DNA of 64,000 bases from Antedon mediterranea (GCF_964355755.1 NC_092671.1:3968001-4032000), one strand, 5' to 3'. Positions 1-26,290 are shown, counted from the stretch's first letter. Translations and numbers: made by a program. The notes: generated by a model not told the origin, from the letters alone.

Positions 1-145
1 ATGTCACAGAAAGCTCGTATACAGCTCAGGTGGATAAGACATCCAGCCAGGCTGTCAAAGTGTGTATCAGACTGATAAAAATGGCTTGCAAACATGTTTC
101 ATAATCCCATTCTATGAAATACTATCAGCATATTATTTTGTTTAT

Positions 146-432
146 GCGAAAGCGAGATGGTCAAGACAAAACCAACGCTGTGATAATTATGAATTAGACC
201 TAAGTTAGGAATGAAAATCAGGTAATAAATGTGTCAAAAATTATATAAAAATGGAGAAAATCTAACGGGTGCATAATTGAATGTAATAATGTATTATGGT
301 AATGGTAGCGAAAGCTAGATAGTGAAGAAAAAACTCAAGCTGTGGTAATAATTAAATTAGACCTTTCGTTAGTTTAATTAGAAATGAAAATCAGGTAATA
401 ACTATAGTGGAAAAAATGGAGAAAATCTAACC
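146..432. repeat. Diverged tandem duplication, ~160-bp period, 2 copies
   Basis: GCGAAAGCnAGAT...AATTAGACC...AATGAAAATCAGGTAATAA...AAAATGGAGAAAATCTAAC occurs at ~146-266 and ~308-432. Confidence 0.8.
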
Positions 433-1394
433 GGAATACGGACAATTTCATATTATTGATTATTACAATTAGACAACAATTAGAATGACGACTAGAAGTG
501 CAACATATTCTCTATCATGTTACGTAACACAATTCATTATTACCTATCATAGGAATAACCAAGATTGGAAAACTGTTTTACGTTTGAGCAGAGACGTAAC
601 ATAACATAACATGAATATCTATAATTTCAACAAGTACTTATAAAGTTGTTTTCAAATATGTCAAATTGTTATCTTAATTTGGCGATATCCTGAACGTTAA
701 ATGAATTTTCTTAAACAGTTTAAAATGCTAATTGTGTTTATTAAATCTACTAGACACAATCAGGTTTGTGCCCTTTAATACTAGACCTTTCACATTATGA
801 TATATTGTACTGCTTTTAGTTGAACTTAATTAAATGCATGAGCGTCGACGAGGCAGCATTTTTTTTCAACGTAAAAAAATGATGCCTTATCGAAGTAGAG
901 TGACTACTGAATCATTACGTATAGTTTATAGGTAATTTACGTCCTTTATACCAATAGATTCATCACACTAAGTTGTAACAAATGAACGCGTTTTTCAAGA
1001 CGGATTATAATATTGATTAAATCGTTATAAATCAAAGTACACGTTAACAAAACTCATTTATGCAATTTTGATTGAACCTATATTTTTTTACATGGTTGAA
1101 TTAGTTTTATCTTCAAGTTTTTTCTTTTAGTTGAATGAATCGAAGTTTGAGCCGGGGGCATTTAACTTTAATCATCGTATCATCTGAAGTTGCGTTTAAA
1201 CTAAATGATTTGCGTCATTTTGCGAAGTAAGGTTCCGTGATACAGCGGTTTATGTTTGTCACATGTTACAAACTGTATCATAAGGAATTATTTGATGGTT
1301 AAAGTAAAAGCAATATTACAAGTGATACTGTATTTAGAATTTGTCTATACTCTACTAATCTACTCTACTAGTGCAATCAGACAGGAAATCTTAC

Positions 1395-1449
1395 CATTTG
1401 ATGTGTCGGTCCATAATAGAACCAAACTCACACTCCACATCCAGAACAT
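1395..1449 (-). CDS. Probable first coding (signal-peptide) exon of an unidentified secreted or membrane protein; gene continues off the left edge
   Basis: Minus strand: acceptor ttccacttatag|1486, ATG at 1449, MFWMWSVSLVLLWTDTSN(G), then phase-1 donor G|gtaag at 1395/1394. A candidate upstream non-coding exon ends in CAG|gtaag at 2170/2169. No downstream exon confidently found. Confidence 0.5.
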
Positions 1450-2169
1450 ATCTACTGGTTTGTATATCTCACTTCACTAGCCTTCACTATAAGTGGAAAT
1501 AACAAAGCAACAATAGTATCAACATTTTTATAGCATTTTATAACAGAAAGTAAATCGATATAGAAAGTTTAATGTATTATTTAAGGAATTTGTCGTTGAG
1601 ATGGAGAAAGAAGAGAAAAATATGTGATATGATGACAATGAACCTTTGTTGAAAATGATATTTATGAAAATCCAAGGAGAAGATGTTAATAGCGTTAACA
1701 AAAATTAGCTTAACTAGGTGCGGTTATTCTAAGAGTTCGAATCATTCCATTTCTTTTTTTTTAATAAACTCAAGATTTATAGGCGGATTACGTCAACAAT
1801 AGTGTCTACCTTTTATTTATATAATAAACCACTAAGCAAATAAATCACTATCGACATTAATCAGCTGATCACAAGAATATTGAATTAAAGAATTTACCAA
1901 TGAATAAAACATTGCCCAGTTTCAAGTAAATGTTGTATTTATATATAGATTGTAACCAGATTGTCTAAATGCGCTTAGAAATAGTCAGATACTATAAAAA
2001 AAAAAGATTGAGTTGAAAAATAAAAAGTTTGTTTGTTTTCAAAAGGGTTTAAAAACTTTGAATAGAATTGAGAAGATTATTCCACAGTTTTAGAGCTGCA
2101 ACCTCAAACATTATATTATTAACATTAGCATCGTTTAAGAACGAATATATAGAGTATTAAGATTCTTAC

Positions 2170-2680
2170 CTGAAAAATAAAAATAGTCAGGCTTTATGAA
2201 AACTCCTTACATGAAATCTGCAGATGATTCAGATGTTTTTGAGAGCGCTTAGCTGGTTCATATTCCAGGGAACGTGTCAGCTGCTTCGTCAATACTTGGT
2301 CCTTGCCTTGATGCTTCGATATTCCGTCCTTCAATTTTACGTCTCACCGCCTAGGCCAAAAGGCCTTATACATCAAATTACAAATCGAATAACGACTAAT
2401 CGCATCCACATCTTCAAATTAGTTCATTCTTTGCTCACCTCCTCCAAGACTATTTCCAACCTTTTGCGTATTATCCAGATGAACAGAGCTCGCAGAATAC
2501 AACTACGAAACGTATATCCTTCCTCGGACCTTGGAAATGAAACTATCGCGAGTTCAGTAGCGAATCGTCATCAGTTCGCGCGGGAATCTTCTTTTCATAT
2601 TCTGCAGACGATTGAGAGGAATTGCTCTAAACTACGTTATTTTACATAGGCTGCTGCTGTTTGAGGCACTCATCGATTTG
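2170..2680 (-). other. Candidate non-coding first exon (5' UTR) of the left-edge minus-strand gene
   Basis: GC/CpG-richer stretch with no long minus-strand ORF, ending in a strong donor (ttttcag|gtaaga at 2170/2169). The 5' limit is approximate. Confidence 0.4.
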
Positions 2681-4544
2681 ACTGGAAATATTCAATAAAC
2701 AATAACTCAACGGGTTGTAGCTAAACGCCATTAATAAAGTAACAATACAAATGAAGACAAACGAAAAAAATCGAATGTAAAAATTGACTCAATTGTTTCT
2801 GAGGGTGTTTCGTTGCATCTAATTAATACAATAATTTAAAACTGCCATGTTTCTACTATTTTACAAAGAAGTATAAAATAACAATCGAATAACGGTCACG
2901 GTATGTTACGGATAAGTATACAAAACTTCCAATATCCGGAAAATATCAAATGCGTCCAACGAAGCCATAAAGAAACTGATTATGGAAATTTATTATTTGA
3001 ATATCAGATACAATAACGTATTTTAAAGCTTATTTCATGTTATAGTGTTAAACGTAAACATCTGATTGGCTGTAAAAATATATTTGTATGAGCGGTGAGG
3101 GCGTATTAGTAATTCGTTTATTTCTTGTCGGTAATTGGTGCGTAGGGAGAGATAAATAAAGAATTCTCTAATTACATGGACTTGTTTCTGTTTGAAATGA
3201 GCAGTAGCATCAAAGTATTAGATAGATGACGAACAGAGGCCGGTGGATCCCAAAACGTAAAACTCACAGTCGGTAGGCTACTATTTTATATTTCTGTGTG
3301 TCCGCCTATGGAATACAGCACCTTTTTTAATCATTAACTAAACGATAGTACCGTCCATATTCTAGGGTGGGTAGGGGCGTTACTCCCTAATGTCGTAGTG
3401 AACTACATACCCCAACATTCAAGTAAACACATTTCCCAGCTGTACTCAATAATAATAATAACAACATATACAGCACTCATATCCACTAAAGTTCTCAAGG
3501 CGCTTGTGAAAACCAAACAATTCTTCATCTAATAGGCCTACACATCATTCGCCAAAAATATTTACCAAAGAGGAACAAATGTTTTGACCTTTATTCAATG
3601 ATAAATTGATGGTATTATACCCGGCTTATTTTGACTATTTGCCTACAAACAGACTACTGTCTGTATGGTATTCATACTACCTGTCTGCATACATCTCAAA
3701 GACGCGCTTTGGGTCCGAGTTTACAAATTCCCATTTCTGTCAGCCCTAGTACTGATAGCTTCCGCGTGATACAGTTTCCTAATGCTTCTGTCCTCTTGAA
3801 TATAACTGCCTAAAAGCGCGGCTCGAAAAATACAAATTAATTAGGAGTATTTAGAATTAAAAAAACGGGTCATATATTAATAAGCAAAAATACAATCTTT
3901 TTCATTTATTTATTTTTTCAATAGACTCATATATAAAACTCAATATGTTCATTAATTATTTTAATAAACAATACCGTAACGTTACGTTTGAATATTTTCT
4001 AAACTGTCTTGGCGTGCCATAGACAATCGTAATTAAAAGTTTAACTATTCAATGTTAATCAAAATCTCTAGTATAAATAAGTAATAATAATATGTCAAAT
4101 TATATTTTACACTTGCACTATTTACTTCAGAAAAAAACAACGACGTAGTGTAACACCTATTTAGCATTTAATCGTGTACATGGATAAACTCTATAATATT
4201 TTTTATCAAAAGACTGTGAAATGAAATCTAACATTTGTAATTTAACAGATTTATTTCTATGGATACAAATCACAACATCTATAGCAGTGTATACTTGATA
4301 AATGGTGAACTTGAATTTTCTTTAAACGGAAATTACCGTTGCAATCAATCCAATTTATTACTTTTACAAATTGCTATAGAAGGTAGTATCGTTGATTAGT
4401 TGGCTTAATAACTCGTGACGGTAAAATATAAAAAAAATGAATTCGTTTTGCTCGTTTATCATATAGAGTTGTATACGTCACACCGCTAATGATTATGAAT
4501 TATGTTACAATAAATGAATCAATGTCGTAGAAAAAAAAGTGATT

Positions 4545-4993
4545 CGATAACAAACGCGTTTCTCTATCTGTGCGGTGGATAAGAAATGCGTTTCTATATC
4601 TGCTGAATACAAACGTGTTTCTCCATCTTTGCGGCGGATCTGACGCGTTTCTCTATGCTGATATAAAACATAATATGTTTTATATCAGCATAGAGAAACG
4701 CGTCTGATCTCTATATTCTGTGTGGATAAGAAACGCGTTTTTCTATCTGTGCGGCGGATAAGAAGCGCGTTTCTCTATGTGCTGATAACAAACGCGTTTC
4801 TCTATCTGTGCCACGGATAAGAAACGCGTTTTTCTATCTGTGCGGCGGATAAGAAGCGCGTTTCTCTATGTGCTGATAACAAACGCGTTTCTCTATCTGT
4901 GCCACGGATAACAAACGCGTTTCTTTATCAGCTGATAACAAACGCGTTTCTATATACTCTGCTGATAAACAACGCGTTTCTCTATCTGCGGAT
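4545..4993. repeat. ~29-32-bp minisatellite with palindromic AAACGCGTTT core and an internal 31-bp-arm palindrome
   Basis: About 14 units of (GAT)AAnAAACGCGTTTCTCTATCTGTGCGGCG; perfect inverted arms at 4642-4672 and 4674-4704. Confidence 0.9.
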
Positions 4994-7900
4994 GACCGTT
5001 ACCATTGCAAGGCATAAATACGCCAACATTTTATGCAAGGTTATTTTTATACTATAATTGGTGGTATCGAATACATTTTTACTGTTATTATAGCAATCTC
5101 GATTACAACATGTAACGCATAAATCCGTTTTATCCTCCACATTACAATGATTTATATCACTAGTGTTCTTGTTTTCTCTGCCCATCGGAATAAATGTATC
5201 GCAAATTTTACTAATGTATATTACGTCGTTTTCAACTGAAAGAAAAACACATTAAATATAATCATACCGGTAATTTAACAAATTGTTTATTTGTAAAAGT
5301 TTTTCTAATAAGAATTGAACTTCCCCAATAACAAGAAATTGAAGAGCAATAAAATCAGACTCTAAATAGACTATTTCGAATTTTTAATAAAGTTACTCAC
5401 TTCCTTCTGTAGAAAAAAAAGGCAATCTAACAACAGGATACAAGCTCCAGAGATCAAAGAGGTTATAAGTGGCTGCGACACGATGAGTTGCTGACATTTT
5501 CCCGTGTGTTCCCGCCTTTAACAGACACGCACCGTGAAGAATAATTATGTACAAAGTAAAGAATTGTTGGTATTTGTCGCAGCCAGACATAAGAACAATG
5601 GACTGTTACGAGTTCCTATCTTGACAAAGCAGGCTCAGTGTCCTGTTGTTAGATTGCCTTGATTAAACCAACTCACCATTAGTCGTCGTCTTACATTCTT
5701 CAACTGAGTCTGCGCATTGCTCTAGTTTATACTCTGGTATTGGTGGTACTTTTGGCGGTTGTGGGAAATGTCCGATGGCACCACCATTGCAGTAATTTTC
5801 CGTACAACACATTATACATTTAAATACATCTGTATTTTCACAGTGAGTCGCGCTTCCATTGACTAAACCACGGGGACAAACATTCAGCGAATCACAACGC
5901 TTTGAAATGCGCATGTCACGGTGATCGTCACCTACGATAAAATAGTTTAGATAAATAACTTTATATTTTGTTTTAGTATAATTTTTCTTTCTTTTTTCTT
6001 ATAGATCATAAAGCTGCTTGTCTTCCAGTACCACTGGCATGGGTTCAATCGGACTCATTGCCAGGGTACCTCTCCTACTTGCCAATGATGTAGGTAGGCG
6101 AAACGCAAGTGAGGTGGTAAGCGAGTTGACCAATCACCTGTGACAGTTACGATAATAAATCGCGTAGTGATTGGTCAAATTACTTGCGATGCGCTTTACG
6201 TTTTTGTGTTACGTCAAGGTGGGAATCAAGCTTTACTCTCTTTTTAAGTTTACACCTTTAGGTGATAAGCACGATATGTCATCTATCCGGTAACTTGCTA
6301 TCTGATGTACGTGAATATAAAGAAATGAAAATAAGTTAAAGATTATGTTGTTTAAGTGTAGTTGAATACATAACTAATAGGGCATATAGACTGCTGTAAT
6401 AAGTCACCTTTTATACAGTATTACAGAATATATTCTAATGTATAAAAAGTATTCAAAATGTTGTAGCTTAAATAAATAAGGAAAGGATGTGTGGTCTAGA
6501 AGAAAATAGATATGTTGTTGTTTCCTAACATCTATATTAATAGCCATAACCATACTCTTTTGACTTCCTAATGTATGGTTTGTTTTCTGTAATAGCAATT
6601 ACGCGCGCATGTTCGGAAAGACGAATTTGAACATCCCACCGCCGAGTGCGTCCGATATGAATCGATTTGACAAACTCTCGTACCGTAAGGAAACATTCTG
6701 TAGGCCTACACTTCATTGTCCTGCACTTCGTTAAGCTAACTTACTCTCATTTCTTACGCCAGCTTTATTATTGTGTAGTACAGCATTTAATGTAAATAAA
6801 TGGGCATTCAACTGTTGGTCGATGGGTGTCAGTCACATCTTAAATTGATTTCATGAACAAAGCATATGAGAATAATTGGATTTATAAACGGAACAAGCTA
6901 TAGCAATTCCACACTGACATTGTTTGCGCAACTTGTGTTAAAACATTCGCAAAATCGATTCTCAAGTAGAGAGGAAATACATGCTAGAGTAAAGCCAATA
7001 AAAAAACAAAAATTGATGTAAATTTTATTATATGCCTTCAGATGGAAAACCATTTCACGTTGATTGAAGAAAAATTGACAGAAAATTTAATGTATTAAAA
7101 TTGGGTGGTGAAATATAATATTTCTTGTCTAATATGAATTGATCAGTACTTATAAACATTACTAGATCGATAGCCGATTCTCGGTAATAGCGGCTTCGGT
7201 AATTTGTTCAATATTATAGGCAAATTATGTAATACAGAGTCACATGTACCACGTATGACCCCTGTATCATCATGCCATGGCCTAACCATTGAGGAATTAT
7301 TTGGAAATAAATAATTCCACTATGGTTGTGACCTAGCATAGGCGCCAAATAGTTCTTCTAAGGCTCTGGCTGTCTATACTATCAAACTTTATTTAACATC
7401 AAAATGTAATGTGCCCATATATGGGTAGGCCCATATCACTGCATATTTGGGCACTTTACACATTTATGTCGAAGATAGCGTAGCTTTATACGATATTTCT
7501 AATACTGTGATGAGATCGACAGTTCTACCACATAAGTAGTGACGCGATCGTTCACGTACCTTCCCATAATGCAACAGTGACGCAAGCATCTTGACCACTA
7601 GAGCATGACGTAGTAGTGGCATTCACGCATTCTTGGTAGTTGGAACAATTGTAGCATTCAAGTGGCATTGTGTTTCCTATAAGATAAATATTAATATTTT
7701 AACTCCAATAAGGCGCAGACGTTAAATTTCAAATTATAAAATACTTTAAATCAATACATTCTCAATATTATTGTTTATGATGACATATTTATTAATGTCG
7801 AAATATTGTGTATACCTCTCTACACTAACAAATAGTAGGTGGGGGGGGGGGGGGCAATACGCTATTCTACTGTAGTGTAGGCTATTTAGTACACCTGCGC

Positions 7901-9614
7901 GCGTAATTACCGAATCAAATTGAGATCGATCGATATTTGACTTTTCACACTCTCGCAAGATGAGCATTAAATGGTTCGTCACCCTCGAGATGTTGAAGGT
8001 ATTCAATTGTATGTAACTATAATACCGGTAATTGAAGTTAACGTATCAAGACGGAATTGTTGACTCGAGCGTAGTATGACGTCACAAAATATAATCAGGT
8101 CATGAAGATGATAACGCAAATTAACCTACGTAAAATTAGCGTACAGCTGGACTAGATATAAAAAAGATAAAGCAAGAAGATGAGAAAGGAGAACATTGAA
8201 AGGCAGGTCTGTGTTAGCGGGTGCTTGTTAGTGATGATTAAAGGCACGAACCGACGCGTTACAGATAACGGACTTTCATCGCCTCTTAATTACCTGTAAT
8301 GATTTATTAAGTAATTACGTCACTGCGTTAGAGGTCTATCATCAAACTTGTTCGATTTGACATTTTTATTAATTTGTGAACAGATGACACCGCAATGCTA
8401 TAAATAAATAACATTAGCTTGAAAAGTGTTCTAGATAATAACATTATGTTATGTGAAATATGTCTGTGATTAGACCAACTCTTCGTCAGCACTGTTGGAA
8501 TGGACGTGGAGAAGTTGATTCTGCTTGACTATAAAGGTGCCCAGGCCTGGGAGAGAAAGTAGAGAAAGTTGTATAATGACGCGCAACGTTTAACGTACAC
8601 GAAATTATTTGTACGAAATTTGACCAATCATGGGTCGAATCAGACTAATATATTAGACTACATTATTTTTGTAAACCCATAATAATAATAATAATAAGAT
8701 ATTTTAAATTAGGTTGTAAAAACATAGTTCATGACTGAACATTGCTTTCCTGTAGTCTATGTTTGGTATCGAATGTTTGACATTAGTAATGTGGTTAGAA
8801 TAATGTATGGCATTTAGGCCTATAGATAGACCTATATAATTTAATACGCATGCGTATATCAACGCTATTGTACATAATGTTTTGTGAACAACATTCTACA
8901 GAAAACCAAACGATCTTCTTTTTAATTTTTAACTCAGTGCACACTACATATATCTTTGTTAGATATTTTCGTCGTCGTCGTCGTCGCCGCCAATTTGCGA
9001 TAATAATAATAGCTTACGTAAAAAGCAAACTATCAGTAATTGCTAATTAACTAGAAAAAACAACAATTAGTGGAAGTCAAACTCGTTTCAGCTTAACTCG
9101 CTTAAGCAACTGACAGTAAGCCTTTCAGTTGGTATTGTATCGGTGATAATTATGGAGCTTAGCTAAATACGATCAAAAAGACATAATCGATGAGGAGTTT
9201 GTATTTTTTTGCCACTTAGCTGGTCCGATCGACTAATTGTTGGTGCACGCCGTTTTTCAACATTAGGGGCCTAATGTAAATGGTGTTTTACTGGATATAA
9301 TGATGGTGAATATGCCAAGCCAAATGGGTGTGTGTGGGATGGGAGTTGGGGTTGGTTGTGTGGGGTCTCTGGTCGGCTATTTCGACACCGATAAAACTTA
9401 ATTAACACTTATCTATCAGTATAATTTGAAAAGTGTGTTTTGACGAAGAAAATGCCAAACACGTCACGCGTCTTGTACGAAATTTTCGAGGTTTTAAGGT
9501 ATAAGACATGATAGGCTATGTGTATGTTCACAACTCACCTCTGACTAACTCGATAAGAATAAATAAAATCAGCTTTATATTCCAAACACATAACATCGTC
9601 TGATTGCCGGACAT
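4982..9614 (-). CDS. Ly6/uPAR (three-finger) family protein, two LU domains (second degenerate), probably GPI-anchored, ~233-235 aa
   Basis: Exons 9614-9539 (signal peptide MSGNQTMLCVWNIKLILFILIELVR), 7676-7560 (GNTMPLECYNCSNYQECVNATTTSCSSGQDACVTVALWE), 5931-5677 (ISKRCDSLNVC...KCIMCCTENYCN, Pro-rich linker, LEQCADSVEECK), optional 5406-5401, and 5235-4982 (ISKIC...LCVTCCNRDCYN plus hydrophobic tail MLAYLCLAMVTVI). All introns are GT-AG and phase 1, as is typical of LU-domain genes; CCxxxxCN motif present. Confidence 0.8.
5419..5660. mobile_element. MITE, ~242 bp, with perfect 20-bp terminal inverted repeats
   Basis: AAGGCAATCTAACAACAGGA at 5419-5438 and its reverse complement at 5641-5660. 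No clear TSD. Confidence 0.8.
6085..6233. mobile_element. Degenerate MITE fragment related to the 44867 element
   Basis: Shares TTGACCAATCAC / GTGATTGGTCAA internal inverted motifs and a GTGGGAAnCAAGCTT end with 44867-45046. Confidence 0.55.
7365..7485. mobile_element. AGCTCTGTCTACACT-family MITE (PIF/Harbinger-like), degenerate copy
   Basis: TGTCTATACTATCAAACTTTAT...TGTGCCCATATATGG...CATATTTGGGCAC; similar to copies at 10240, 19697, 32918 and 54256. Confidence 0.65.
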
Positions 9615-10237
9615 ATTGTATGTTACTGTCTAATTGGTCTAATACACGGTACAGTAGTCGATGACATTACCATCACCTGGTATATATATACAATGCCTGG
9701 CGATAATATGAAACTGACGTGTATAAATGTAGCTCGTTCCAATGCTTCTTCCATAAAAAGGTTCTTCTTCAGCGTTCCATAGTTTACTAAAATTCCTATT
9801 CTCACGAATCCAAATAGAGCTTACCAAAAATTGAAAATGTATTGCAACAAGTAACTGCTGTCGGTCGATCAATACGATCGTCCCATCATGACGTCATCTA
9901 ACGGAACCTCATTTGAACTATAGTAAGTTGTACATCTGTTTTTCTATCATTACATACAATAACATCTTCAATAACGTTTATAATAGGCACGAATGACCTT
10001 TATAGATGAGGGTCAAAATGAGACTAGAAATATTATTATGGTATCTCATGCTGATACTGTTATCTAAAGGCCTACTATAATTGTCAGCAAGTCTGTTGCA
10101 TATTGTAATATTATATTATAAAATTGTTGAATAAATTCTTTATGATTTGCCCTCTTAACACTTGCGTTTTCAATGTGTCACCAAAACCTACTACTTAAAT
10201 GGATAAATATGATTTCAAGACACTTAAGACATAATTA

Positions 10238-10368
10238 TTGTCTACACTATCAAACTTTATGTCACAAAAAATTAGATTTACCCATATATGGACACGATGA
10301 CGTCATATCAGTACCATATTAGAGAACCTCACATTTTGTCACATACAGTTTGTAGACAGAGAGAGCTA
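10238..10368. mobile_element. AGCTCTGTCTACACT-family MITE copy in the Ly6/EZH divergent promoter region
   Basis: TGTCTACACTATCAAACTTTATGTCACAAAA...GATGACGTCATATC...TGTAGACAGAGAGAGCT. Confidence 0.7.
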
Positions 10369-10479
10369 TAGGAAAACCCCAAAGAAACCCCAACTTTCAA
10401 CCAATCAAAACATTTTAGAAAGACATTCGATTGAAAAATAATATAAGTATTTGAGCTACTAACTGTTTTGTTTTTGTGT

Positions 10480-10940
10480 ACGGCGCCCTCAAATTTGACC
10501 ATGTGGACGACGCGCGGCGGGTATTTGTATTTCCGGTGGTGCATTCTCTCCCCGTGTTTTAGGCTAAAATACCCATTTTCGGTTGGGAAAATGTGTTAAA
10601 TCCCTTATTTCGATTGCTATATTTTAAGGTAAGAAAAGTGATTTATTGTCATACATTTTGTAGTGCTTATGAACATTATGAAAATGGTTCGATATTCTAG
10701 GCCTCCTCCAACAAATCATATCATAGTTCATACACAACATTGAAAGAGGAGTAACTGGATATGGGGATCCCTGATTACTACCAGTGACCGAGGCCGGCCG
10801 TAGTTGAGGGGGGACCAGTTGAGGCTGCTGCCTATGCCAAGCACTGTAGGCCTAGGTTGGTTAGTGACTGACTGGGGGTGGGGGCCGATAGTGATTTCTG
10901 GGCTGGAAATTTTTTAGACCATTCATATTTTGGCGCTACT
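10480..10940 (+). promoter_or_regulatory. Probable EZH promoter and non-coding exon 1 (donor at 10628/10629), with E2F-like sites
   Basis: Local CpG-rich patch (CGCGCGGCGGG ~10511), ETS-like TTCCGG ~10531, strong donor AAG|GTAAG at 10628, TTTGGCGC (E2F consensus TTTSSCGC) at 10929-10936. Next acceptor at 11265/11266, just before the ATG. Confidence 0.55.
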
Positions 10941-11277
10941 CCTCCTACTGGTGCACCTTTACCATTACTAAATACTATTATCTGTGTGTAAGATTATTTT
11001 GGGTTAATTTCAGGTCACAGCAAAAATGCTAATTAACATGAACCTAACTAAAGATTTAATCTCAATAGAATAGGTGCGAAAATGCAGTATACTGTAGCGC
11101 CCATATATTTTCAATTGCAAGATACAAAAATGCATAGCACTTTTATTTTTTGTGATTAAATAACAGATGTCAATCGCTATAAATTAATTAATTACGATTC
11201 AAGCAACCATCCATGTCTCTTTATAATATAAATTATATTTTCATTGCTTTCGTTTGTACCCATAGATTTGATTTAAA

Positions 11278-25295
<14,018 letters not shown>

Positions 25296-25599
25296 TTACA
25301 TACCGGTCAGATGTTATTCTTACAAAATATATATTTTTTTTGTTGACATTTTGATGTTTGAGTTGTTAAGTTGTTTTCACCATTAACAACCGGCTATCAC
25401 ATTAATTAATTTTAAGTTCAGAGCAGTTTTTGTTATTTACTTTCAATTTTTATGACAATGAAATGATTGAATAGAGGTGAGGAAATTTTACCGAGAAGAA
25501 GATGAAAAATGAACTGCATTAAAGCATGCCTATTGAGGACACAACAGCGTTTTTGTCATTGAGTACAAAAAATAGACAATAGGCAAGAAAGGTGTTATT

Positions 25600-26290
25600 C
25601 ATAATTGCCTTCCACCATGCCTAACCTAACCCTTGTTAGGCTTTGCGTATCAAGGTGGAAAGATGCTACCCTATTTATCAAACATGCATACCTCAGCCCT
25701 TGTTGGACTATCTGTAGGCAGATAGACTCTATCCTGTATTCCTGCCAGTATTTAACTCCTGCCCTAGTTTGACTATGCATATCGGAGAGATTCTACACGG
25801 TATTCCTAACATGCATACCTCAGCTATAGTTGGACTATCTACTCGTATTTAGGTAGAGAGACGCTACTCTCTGTTTTCCCAACAACATATATGCCACAGT
25901 CCTAGTTAGGCAACGTATATATCTACTGTAGGCAGAAAGATTCTATCCTGTATTGCTACCAGCATGTAACACTTGCCCCAGTTGGGCTATGCATATCGGA
26001 GAGATTCTACACTGTATTCCTAACATGCGTACCTCAGCCCTAGTTGGACTATCTACTCATATTTAAATAGAGAGACACGCATATCGGAGTAGAGAGCTAT
26101 TGCTACCCATTATTTCAAATGACATTCCTACCCTAGCCCTAGTTGGGAAACGCATATCAAGGTGGAGAGATGCTATAATATATCACCTGTATTCGTAATG
26201 ACATCAATTCTTGGCCATATTATTCTTAAAGAACTGCATACTCCAGCCTAAGTATACCTAGATAGAGACACACATATATGTTGGGCAAGG
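25600..26290. repeat. Degenerate tandem-repeat region downstream of the EZH stop codon
   Basis: Recurring CCCTAGTTGGnCTAT, GCATATCGGAGAGATTCTAC and AACATGCATACCTCAGC blocks. Confidence 0.75.

Noticed and set aside
1-111. Possible minus-strand exon ending ...IRAFCD(M), reminiscent of the fibrinogen-domain VYCDM motif
   Set aside because: The phase-1 readings needed to join the 1395 exon hit stop codons; too short and truncated by the window edge.
2224-2649. 141-aa plus-strand ORF
   Set aside because: No recognisable domain or splice context; it is antisense to a probable 5' UTR exon.
4545-4993. CRISPR-like appearance of palindromic repeats here and at 49076-49212
   Set aside because: Eukaryotic context, spacers are related to each other, and there are no cas genes; these are minisatellite-type arrays.
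7838-7854. G17-like run (and C-run at ~36674) as G-quadruplex
   Set aside because: Isolated homopolymers; common and error-prone in assemblies.
8470-8546. Strong-looking acceptor (ctttctctcccag) in Ly6 intron 1 followed by GLGTFIVKQNQLLHVHSNSADEELV*
   Set aside because: No good phase-1 donor, and exon 1 joins the 7676 exon cleanly without it.
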